From assembly GCF_963506605.1 (NCBI RefSeq), contig NC_083279.1, positions 22,878,001 to 22,942,000 on the forward strand: 64,000 nt of DNA, given 5' to 3'. A program made the translations under genes and the position numbers. Position 1 is the stretch's first letter. Each line of letters opens with the position of its first letter. The notes under the pieces were generated by a model, which searched no databases, was not told the origin of the DNA, and saw nothing but the letters and a program-made list of their open reading frames with translations. The stretch is from Zootoca vivipara. Lineage: Eukaryota. This document shows, piece after piece, positions 50,975 through 61,650 of the stretch.

Positions 50975-53900
50975 TTTCCATAGGAAAAAAATATTTTATT
51001 TTTTTAAAGAACAAATTCAGTTTGAAACAGATGTGGAATGTGAATTTTCATAGATTTCATTTTCTGGAAGGGGCTAACTGCAATGTAGAACAAAGGCAGA
51101 TTTCAAATCTATGACACTCTAGGGTTTTTTTAAAAAAAGAGAGAGAAAAAAAATATTTATAACTCAAGCATAATACTGTGTTACTTACAAACTGGACAAA
51201 AGAATTCTTAAATAAATATTCATGGTACACAATTACAGCACAAATATGCAGCAATTTGGCAACCTTTTTTATACCTTATCTCTTTTTTTCCTGGATACTG
51301 TGCAAAGGGGAAATGATACGGCCTTTAAACAAGCTGTAGCTAAATACATAGCAAAAAGTCAGATTTTATACAAAACATCTCGCTTAGACTTTATTAAAAA
51401 ACCAATGTTGCTCTATATACACAATCTGGTTAAGAAAAGATGTTTATTCTCGTTTCCATGTGTATTTTTAATTTTATATTTATTTAAAAAGGTGAATAAG
51501 GCTACTGTAACACCCCCCAAATCCATATACAGTAAATCTTGAACTTATTTACAGCATCTTCCACTCTTTAGACATGATGGTGTAAATTTCAAAAAGTTAG
51601 GTGATTCAAGGGGCAACACAAGCAAGGCATTTAACAGTAACTTTTCAAAGCTGAACCAAACACCAACTAAAAGGAACAGTTGGTAAGATTGTCATTATTC
51701 TGCACAAAACACAACACAGATACACAGGGCTCTTCTTTTCTTTGTTCCTCACCCCCCCCCAAAAAAAACACGGTTGCAGGTTGTTGCTTCTCCTTCTCCA
51801 CTGATTCATCCAATATTCCCCCCTCGTAAAGTTTAGTACATGATCAGAATGTAACCAACAAAACATACTCTCGATTAAAACAAAAACAAAAAACAGGGCC
51901 CATCTATTAACTCTCTTCCCACCCCCACCCCCAAAAAAATCAAATCTTAATGACTTACAAGGGGAAAAAAAATATTTCATGGATGGATTCACAGAAAGGA
52001 AGGCTTTAGGAAAGAACTACATCTGTATTGTAGCTGGTTACCATGGTAACCTCTCACAGAACCATGATTCTCTTCCACCCCTCCCTTCCTCTTTGCTTCT
52101 CCTTGGACCAACATCATTTTCAGGTTCAGGAAATACAGAGAGTAATCATTTCTATGACAGTACTTTTTTTCTCCTTCTTCTTCTTCACGTGCTCAGTGGA
52201 GGTTCGAGAACCTTAAAATGCTGTAGTTACATGTTCTTTCCAGTCCAGAAAGTGAATCGTTGCTATGGTAACAGGACTATGTGAAAAGACATCTATTTTG
52301 CATAGCACATAAAAAAGTAGATCTCCCCTCCCACCCTCCCCCAGGGTATAAGAGGTTGGAAGGAGGACAGCAACCATGCTTCAAGCAGAAACTCTATAAA
52401 CTGAAACTCTCCGTATTTTGTGACCAGCTGAATTGACTCCATCTTGTAAGGCAAAGGGGCGGGAACAAAACAGGGACATAACACAGAAAAGAAAAAGAAA
52501 GAAAAAGAAAACCCACATCAGAACATCCGGTTGTTAAATACATGATGCAGTTACGCCAATTCTGTGATATTTTGGGGTTTGTATCTCCTAGTCTATGAGT
52601 TATGCAAGACAGCTTAGACTGAGGGCTTTGTTATTTTCTCAGTATTCTTTTTTTGGAGTGAAGCTATTTCCCCCCCCCCCCCCAAAGAAGGCTTGCCCAA
52701 TCATTTTGCTTTAACCCTGACAATTTAAGGTTCAATTCATTGCCACAGATGAACTTCACATCTTCTGGTGTAGAGTCTGTGCAATCTCTCTCTCTAGATA
52801 TATATATATAGATATATATATTAGTAATCATAACAAAATCTGCTACTTTATATTCCATGGGTTCTATACACCTACTATAAATAAGCCATACCTTACGTCT
52901 CCCTCTCATGTGTCTAAATGTATTGCATCTTTACTGACCGTAAGCAGTTTACCATATGTGCTTTAACTCTGAAAGAGAATACCCCAGATAGCAGCAGTGT
53001 CCGGAGTACGTACAGGGTTCCCTTGCAAATGCATTGCCAGAAACAAGGCTTGATCGGAGGAAAAAATAAAACCCTGATTAATATTCAGAGATGAGAATGC
53101 TTTCTTTTTAGGTGATGGAATTATAGCCCTCTTGACTTTTAAGCATGTGATTTTTCTATGTCAGATGTTGCTGTTTTCTTAAACAAATTTCCCCCTGTCC
53201 TGTGATTAATTAAAAATGTGATAAGCATAGGAGCAGAGTCTGCTTTTTTATTTTTAAAATAAAGAAAGAAGGAAGGAAGGAAAGAAAAAGAAATGTCATT
53301 TGAAACAGACCGAGATTTTGCTACAGCTAGTTCAAAGCTGTACATCTTATTGCTGGCACAGTAAGTACCCCAGCAGTCCTGCCCTCATATATCACTATTG
53401 TCTTGTCTCCCAGGCACGTCCATTTACTTACACTCTTTGTCCTACTTTAAAGGGAGAGAACTATTCTTTCCCACACATTGCTATTGGAGAACAACCTTGG
53501 CATCGTTCAAATGCAGACCCTTTTCAGCTGCTTGTGTTGCTGTGTGTTCTAACTTGCTTCCTAGAACTCCAGATATCAGAAGTGCTGCGCTGCCTAAATT
53601 GTCTGGCTTGGCCCAGTTGATATTCCAGAGGCAACAACATTCGATCAGCCCTTCCTCCTCATATTCTTGGCTCTGCTGGCAAGCTAGCTTCGGGACGGAA
53701 GATTCCTTTATTAAGCAAGCCCAGTTCCACCCTCCCCTCCCCACCCCACCCCACAAAGCACTAATCATTCAAGTGAGGCTGCTACCACCAACGGATGGTG
53801 TATGGAATGGCAAAAATAAAATAATAATAATAATAATTATATGCTTTCCAGTAGTGATGTAGGTTGAGGAGTGTGAATGAATACTAGTGTGGAGAATGCT

Positions 53901-54435
53901 ACCCGGCTGAAGTAAAATGCATCAGGGACTGACTAAAAGCAAGAAGGATGATTAAAAAGTCTTACTTAAAAGCAGGTCTGTATGACAAATCCGCAAGCTC
54001 TTAAGAGTACACACAAAGTCACAGGGCTGCTTCAAGCTTGGTGACTTCCGACTCCCTCCCCAAACGCCTAAAAACCATTAGCATCCATGAGTTGCTCCAT
54101 CTTCCCTGGGCTTTTCGTACGTGTCTGGATGCCAGCAGCACATGGCTTAGGAGGTGATGAACGTACAGCAATGGGGGCAGGTATCTTCTATGCAAATCCT
54201 TCCAACTTCCAAGTAAATGCTTGTTCACCAAGGCAGGAATTCTACAGGCTAGGGAAGCTGTCCATCTCAAGGTGGCTCTCTTGTCACAGGGTGGGGCTTG
54301 CCGTTCCCTCCGCTGCACCTGGTCCAGTAACCAGGGCAGGGGCTCATCACAACACCCCACCCCACCCCCCGCGTCATGGATAGCATTTTGACCAGAGAGA
54401 GAGCTTCAAAAAAAAGGTACCGCGCTGAGTGCTCA
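50975..54435 (-). other. EFNB2: EFNB2 3'UTR (~3.5 kb)
   Basis: Follows the stop codon and contains no recognisable TE. The distal AU-rich part (...cacattccacatctgtttcaaactgaatttgttc...aataaaatatttttttcctatggaaa) resembles the mammalian EFNB2 mRNA end as I recall it. The 3' end position is approximate. Confidence 0.8.
50995..51000 (-). terminator. Distal polyadenylation signal AATAAA of EFNB2
   Basis: TTTATT on + strand at the end of the AU-rich terminal UTR block. Confidence 0.75.
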
Positions 54436-54818
54436 TCAGACCTTGTAATAAATGTTTGCTGGGCTCTGAGGGGGCATTTCTTGAACGATGTACACTGGGT
54501 GTCCATAGTCACCGCTGACTTTTTCATAGTGTGGGCAAAAGACACTATCTGCAGTCCTCAGAGGAATGATAATGTCACTGGGTTCAGACCCATTGTTGTT
54601 CCCACTGCGTTTTGGGGTGGCTAATGTACTAAGTGACAGTGTCGTCGTGTGCTGGGGAGAATGCTTCCTGTGTCTCCGCCGATACTTCAACAATAGAACC
54701 ACCAGAGTTATGATGATGATGAGGAATATGATGGACCCTGAAGCTATCCCTGCGAATAAGGCCACCTCTGAACCAAGGATACTGGAATGTCCAGCCTTGC
54801 TTCCATCTGAGTTGGGAC
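54436..54818 (-). CDS. EFNB2: Ephrin-B2 last coding exon (juxtamembrane, TM helix, cytoplasmic tail with PDZ-binding YYKV)
   Basis: Translates (G)[126 protein letters not shown], the ephrin-B2 C-terminus. A pyrimidine tract and TAG acceptor sit at 54821-54819 and the TGA stop at 54438-54436. Confidence 0.98.
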
Positions 54819-56943
54819 CTAGGGATAAAGTTGGAAGGAAGGGGGCAGAGGGGAGAGACAGAGACAGAGAGAGATCTAAGTTCAAAATGATCATTGTCCC
54901 ATCACCAGTTTGCAGCACTGAAAGACATCTAGGAACAACCAGCCACAAGTCAGCCATTCACATTCAGCAAGGCGCTTGTGTCTGTTTCTCTCACTTTTAT
55001 GTTGCTCCCAAACCACACTGTGTTCTTTTCATCTATCATCACCCATCAGCAGCAAGGACTGGCACTGACAAGGCAGCCTTTGATGCACACCATGTCTTAA
55101 CAGATGTTGGTCAGCTCAAAGCAGCTAATAGGGATAAAAACGGGGGGGGGAGGGAATTCTCAAGACTCACTGTTCCCCTGCCACTTTCTTTTTCAAACAC
55201 TAATTTGAACTAAACTTTGCCATTGTGCGCTTAACCTCTGTCTGGAGATGAATCTGTGTTGCCAGGTGGAAAGCAGGTGGAAATGCTGAAAGACCCCAAT
55301 AGATATTGCTTCATTTTGTTGCGTTTTGGTTTTTTAACTATGGTTTAGTTAAAACAGGGCTGGTGGGAACAGCTTCAGACGGATGCCAAAGAGGGTCTAG
55401 CCTCATCCTGGATCAATCAGCTCACACAGATCTGCTAGGGCAGAGATGGGCACCTGCTCTGCCCTTCTGTGTAGAATCCAGTGGAGCAAATTAGCCCACT
55501 AGATCTACAGAGGCCAGCAGGGGTGAGTGCTGGTCATAGCTGGTAGCAAGGGGGCTTTGCTGGGAACAAGATTCCCATGTACCTGCAGCTAGAATAGCGG
55601 TAACAAGGATGCAAACTGATATGGAGCTCACACAGCAAGCATGTTTTAAATTAAATCAAATTTGGTGCTTTGTCGCTGAGAAAACCTTTAATAGGTTTTG
55701 CTGCAACTTGATGCCTATTTTCAAGAGAAAATATTGCTGTGGAGGCTAAATTTGGGTAGAAAAATCCTCCCTTAGCACAAAATTGCTGATGCCTGCTCAA
55801 GTAACTGACAAGCAAAAGATTTAATAGCATAATGGCAAATAATGGTGTGCAGGTTAAGGAGTTAAAAAAAAAACACCAACGATGGCACTGAAGTCAACTG
55901 AAGTCATAGTCTGTGATTCTTCTCCTCACTGACTTCCCCTCGCTATTCTTCCTCATTCAAGTGAAATAAAAAGAAGAAACTTACAGTGGTGGCCCATGCG
56001 GTGGTTTGCGAGGTGAAAGAGGTGGCAATAGCGGACAAGGGGACTTCCTACCCCTATCTGCCAATGGCAAGGCAGACATGGGATGACACAGCCAGAACTG
56101 TGCAATCCCATGGCTGTCTGAGTGGGTAGATGTTTGCCCAGCCATAGGTGAGGGTAGCTGATGTCATCACGATGACCATACCCCTTGCACAACGTTTATG
56201 CAATATCCCGTACCTCTACTGCCACCTTCAGAGAAGTAAGAGCAGAAAGGCTGCTTCCCCCTCCATATATGTGCTGCGGGATACATCTCACCCCGTGAAC
56301 CACCTCAATGGCTGCTACTGCTATTTTTGTCATTCTGACATTTAAGATAAATACTCGTCTTATACTCATCCAAGAATCAGCTCAGTCATTATATATTGCT
56401 TAGATGAGTTATTCAGAGTGCCAATGTGATCAGCCAGAGGATGACAGCAGTAATTATACATGTTTTAAAGCAAGCCTGATAAGTGCTAATGATGAACTCT
56501 TCATAAATACTGCCAGAAGACAATGGCTACAATCTAGTGCTCAGTTAAGGATCCTTTAGTTGACTTCAATTAGGCTTGAGTCAAGTGTGCTTAACCATGA
56601 ACTGGATTGCAACCAATGACCACCAAGTCATCTCTCTTCCTGTAAGCGTGTTATAACTACTTCGATTCCTCCCTCTCTCTCTCTCCCCTTGTTTTTGAAA
56701 CTAGCAGTATTTCCAGATGGAACAATTCCATTTCTATGAAATGCAAATGAAGAGAGGCTTACTTTTGCAGAAGTAATGATCTTTGACCTCTCACACACTG
56801 GTACGCATGCTACCTCTCCCTATGCAAATGCTTGCTTTTGTTATTTCTTATTATTTAATAAACCCTTAATGATGGGAGATAAAATGTATGAGAAATAGCC
56901 TTTAAAATCACCTCCTTCAAAATCTAAAAGCTCTCCTGTTTAC

Positions 56944-57057
56944 CTGCATGATCCTTTACAAAGGGACTTGTTGTAGAGCTTTTCCCGTTGGTACCAGCTT
57001 CCTGTTCCGGGCGTTTAGTTGGATCAGCATTATTTGGGGACCCACCAGAATTGGGAA
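56944..57057 (-). CDS. EFNB2: Ephrin-B2 penultimate coding exon (114 bp, ectodomain linker)
   Basis: cag|TT CCC AAT ... CAT GCA G|gtaaac. Translates (V)PNSGGSPNNADPTKRPEQEAGTNGKSSTTSPFVKDHA(G). Phase 1-1 and in frame with both neighbouring exons. Not in the ORF track. Confidence 0.95.
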
Positions 57058-57830
57058 CTGAAACAACACAAATGATTCACTACAAACTAACAATAATGTG
57101 CTTTATAAGCTGGTTATCAATTTTCACGAGGCATGAATGGCTTTGAACAGAAGATCCTTTATGCAGGAATACAAGAAGATATGAGAATGTAATTTTCTCC
57201 TTTAAAGCAAGCAAGAGAGAAAAAGCTATAGAGTTATTTCAGAGATTTAGATTGTGAGGCTAGTGGCAGAAAATGAAGGGGATTCCTGAAATTGGCAGGA
57301 AAACCTTTGCAGATGACATTTCAGCATAGCAGGCAAGTTGATTGACTACTAAACCAACCTCTAATTAGAAGGAATAGGTTTTTTTTCTGCACAATAGGTT
57401 ATCTGTATATGAGAAAAGGACAATGAACAAAACCCTCTCTTCTTTAGGGAGGATTTGCCACAAGCAAATGAAGGGAGCATTAGCCCCCTTTCCTTTTCAT
57501 TTGTTTCAAATAATTCTGAGCTCTGAAACTGTGCTTTAATGTTTAGAACGCAGGCAAGAATAACTGCAGCACATGTTGTTCATGGGTGACCTTTCTTTCC
57601 AAGGAGAGCTCTCCAATGAAGAGACCTTATTGCATTAACTCTCCTCCTGTAAAATCTGCCAGTAACTTAGGCGCAGAAAATAGGCTTTTGCCTTCAGAAT
57701 CCAAAGAAAGGCAGGCTAAAATAGTCTCCGCTGTTTCATGCTGTTTCACCTTATTAGCAGAAGCTGGGACACTCAATGGGGCCCAGGGGCTGATCAAAGT
57801 TGTTTGATGAAAAACACAGATGGTCTTTAC

Positions 57831-57923
57831 CTTGTCCAACCTTCATTAGGATCTTCATGGCTTTTGTCTGACACACCCCTCCCTCCTGGTTATCCAGGCC
57901 TTCCAGTGATCCATTAGATGTTG
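57831..57923 (-). CDS. EFNB2: Ephrin-B2 internal coding exon (93 bp, end of receptor-binding domain)
   Basis: cag|CA ACA TCT AAT ... GTT GGA CAA G|gtaaag. Translates [30 protein letters not shown], the conserved ephrin-B2 segment. Upstream exons were not found in 57924-64000. Confidence 0.97.
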
Positions 57924-60900
57924 CTGATTGGAAAAAACACAAACACAGAGTGAAAGATTTCAGGATGCCACCAGGTGAAGTTACACACAAAGCAAGAGTA
58001 CCTGAAAATAGATGTTATCTGTTCAAATTCACTCCTGCTGTTCAGGTTTACCCAGAAAAAAAGTTGTGAAATGCTCGACAGCCAGGCAAACAGAGCAGAC
58101 TGTGTTGTATACCTAAAGCTGGAACGCATTATCGGGTTTCTAACTTATCTAGGCACTTTTCTTTCATGAACAATTGGCTGTCTTGTTATTATGCCACTGG
58201 TTGAAAGAGTAGACGGTTCTCCACACCTATACCTACACTGCCCTGAAAAACTGGGAGTTGGCTGGAAAGAAAAGGGAGCCTTGCCAGCCTCGGCAGAGCA
58301 AGTAACTTGCATTCCTCTCAAGCCAGAGAGCCCTACCGATTGAAAAAATGGAGGTGTTGGGATGGCAGCAGAGCTGTGCTATGGGCGCAACTCAGAATTT
58401 GCAGTTTCTCATTTGTGTACTCTAGCACCTGTGTGTATATCACTTGGACTAAACCCATCTGCATCTATTTCCATTTCTGCCTTCACCTGAAGGGCAGGGA
58501 AACTGTGGCCCAGGATGCTTTACGAACTCCCAAGTCGTAAACTTTTCAAGAAACTGATGCACACACTCAAGCAAAAAGCATACAAAATGAAGACTCAAAG
58601 GCAGCTTTTCATTTCTGCTTCCTTAGCTTGCCTAACTCATCAGGGAAATATTCTACCTATCCATCTCCCCTTAAGGGCAAATAGAATTTGGCAAAAAAAA
58701 TCCCACTGCAGCAAATCCTCTTCCCAGAGACCAATGAACACTCCCAAATTCTAGGGGAAGTTGCTGATCAGCTGAGAGCCAAAAGGGAGGGGAAGATGTC
58801 ACCGGAAAATTGCTCAAGAAAGCTGCAAGAAGAGTGGGATTGGACTGGGGAGGGGGCTGGGTTAGCTCTTGTTATTTTAATTATCAAGTTGCAAGGCAGG
58901 GATACTCAGAAGGCATGGAACCTGCAGGTCCCCATTTTAATTCATGGGACTTAGAGAACTGGCATTATTTATCACAAGGATTTTGAAGTTGCAAACAATA
59001 TTTCATGCACTGAGCAGAAATAGCTGTGCAGACTATCTATCTTGATGAATAACGTCATGACAACTTTTAATATTATTAACTGATTATAGCCCTAATAAAT
59101 CTGGTATCAACATTATTGGGGGGTTTCCCCAGTACTTTCTCCTACCCTAGTGCTCTATAGCCTTTCCAAGGCACATTTGCATCAACATCTGATAACTTAC
59201 TAAAATATTAAAGGAAAGGAAAAAGCCATGAAAGTCCTTGCAGGGGGTTTTCATGAAGAAAAAGCAATTAAGCGGCACTTCTGGTACTAAGAAGAATCTC
59301 CTTTTCATCTAATTTAGATATGGCCCCATAACTCCTTCTTTTTCTTAGAAAGATGTACCTTATATGCATTCCAGAGTTCCTTCATACACCCGGACCCCCT
59401 TTCACTAAGTGTCTTCCCAGCCCTATGTTGATATTTTTCTTTCTCTAATCTTCTCACTAGCTGCAAAAACTATGAACCTTTTCCTTCCCTTTGATCTAGT
59501 TCCTGCTTTTGTTCTACTTCGCCCTCCTTGTGGGTGTAACATAATTCCTCACTACATGAACTTCCTTTCTGCAGCTCCCTCTCATATTATCCTTGTAGCT
59601 GAGCTTGCCCAGGCATCCCGGGCTAATTCTGGCTTTCCATCTCACACAAAAGTTACCGTAGCTGGCCAAATTTCACCTCTTCGTTTTCTAACTCCTTGCA
59701 TGTGCATTTTTAAAGTGAGAAATTTGGCTTGGGAAAATTGTGCACATCTGCGGGGACAAGCACAGAAAATAATGGAGATGTATAGCTTTGTTTTGTTGAG
59801 ATCTTTTTCTCCCCCTCAGAGAAAAGAAAAATCAATACTAAGAACCAGTTTGGGACATAAATCAAATGCATCTTTTGCTGTGTGGTTTTTTTTATGACCT
59901 CTTTGTTTCTGTCCTTGTAATCTGTACACTGGCCAACAGTGTACAGAAATACTGAAATAGAGCTTCGGTAGAGAAAATAGCAAATAAACAGTGACCATCC
60001 TGCTCTTTAATACTAAGCTTCAGGAATTCAACTGCCTTTAGCTGCCTTTTGCAGATTAAAACGTAATAGAGTCAGACTGCAGTCGGTGTCTTTCTACACT
60101 GTAAATAAAAAAAGAGAGAGAGAGACCATCTTGTTTAACCCATGATCTAAGCAATGGCAATGCAACTTAAACAATTCACAGCTTAGCCTCTGTATGACAC
60201 AGCAAAGAACACTGCAGACGACGAAATCTCAAAACTAGTGCCACAAAAGGAATATAGGAGTTGTTATACCGCTGCGCTCCTAAAGGATCCCTGGGTGCCT
60301 TACATCTTTAGAATCAAAGTTGCAATGCTGATCTCGCCTAAGTCCCTGATGAATTCTAAGTTACCGTGAGGAACACTAGGCTCATGAGGACAGTTGAACA
60401 TTTGTTGGCAAATGAGAATGCAGTGAAAAGGCTTTGTGCTGACAATTAAGCAACAGAAACTCTCTGTTGCTGCAGCCAATAGCTCCTTTTGGAGTTATGT
60501 TTTCGCTGGGGAACCGAGATATTGATAATTTGGGTTGAAATAAAAACCAGGCACCTATATCGCCTGCATTCCTCATTTGCCTGCTTTTTATGGTGGTGCC
60601 CTTTTGGCGTGCGCTGCAGCGTTAAAAAACCATGATGATGGGATGCATTTTTCCAGTCATCAACACGTCTTGGGCAGCATTTGCCTGGGATGAAACTCTG
60701 CGTGTTGTTTGAAGCTCCTGATAGCTGGTGAAAAAGGAATGTATAAACAACAAGAGAAAACGCCAAGATAGTTTGACCTTATTAAAATATAACTGTCATA
60801 TTCTGAAACATTTATTCCTTTCAGCTAAATATATAGATTTTTTTTAAAGTGACTCCATCATAGCCCTAAACCAGCTGAGCAGCCATGGGCAATTCATTTT

Positions 60901-61416
60901 CTTATTCTCCAATGAAGGCTTAAAGGACACATCAACAAGGGCATTAAATGCCTCTCTTAAAGAAGAACAGAATAGCAACAAGGATCTCTTGACTCCACTG
61001 AAATAAAACTAAGTCCAGCGCCACCCAATGGCCAAGCTATGCAATGACATTATCCACATCCGTATAAATGAAAACATTACTTCACCATAGGGCAGCTGAC
61101 AGTCCTCACATGGTCTAATGTTGGCACCATAATAAAAACTGAACTATCATAGTAACTTGTCAAAGGAATTCCCCTCCCCCTCTAAAATTGCATTTACTTA
61201 GGAACAGAACAGTGGTCTGTCCTCCTTTTGCTAGTATCACCCAGCAAACTAAAGAAGCTGAACTCAGGCTCCCAACATGGATGAAAAGGTCTAACTTGCT
61301 TTTCTATGAAATCAGAGCCATTTCTATTCCATGTAAGTAAACAGTAAGGTTTTCACTGACATAAAAACAAATTCATCTCTCCATGTTTAAATCTCTCTCT
61401 CTCTCAGTCATAAATG

Positions 61417-61650
61417 TGGAAGGGACCCTGAGGATCATTAGTGCAGGCATGATCCGTAGCTAACAGGACCAGTGGTCGGGGAAGATGGGAATTGTAGTCC
61501 AAAACATCTGGAGGGCCAAAGTTTGGGGATGCCTGATCTAGTGTCACCCCCCCTGCAATGCAATAATATGCAACTGTCCCTTATGGGGATCGAACCTGCA
61601 ACCTTGGCATTATCAGCACCATACTCCAACCAACTGAGCTATCCAGCCCT
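61417..61650 (-). mobile_element. tRNA-Ile-derived SINE with CR1-like tail, interrupted by a deleted MITE at 61444-61535
   Basis: Reverse complement ggctggatagctcagttggttggagtatggtgctgataatgccaaggttgcaggttcgatcccc aligns by eye to tRNA-Ile. The MITE is CAGGCAT...GGGGATGCCTG, flanked by cattagtg / atctagtg. Confidence 0.8.

Noticed and set aside
54819-54957. In-frame N-terminal extension of the last-exon ORF
   Set aside because: It is intronic. It reads through the polypyrimidine tract (LSLSLSLP) upstream of a canonical acceptor.
54566-55213. 215-aa plus-strand ORF, the longest in the track
   Set aside because: It is an antisense shadow of the EFNB2 last exon plus intron, with no recognisable domain.
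61575-61650. Possible tRNA-Ile gene
   Set aside because: It is degenerate and joined to a SINE body and tail.
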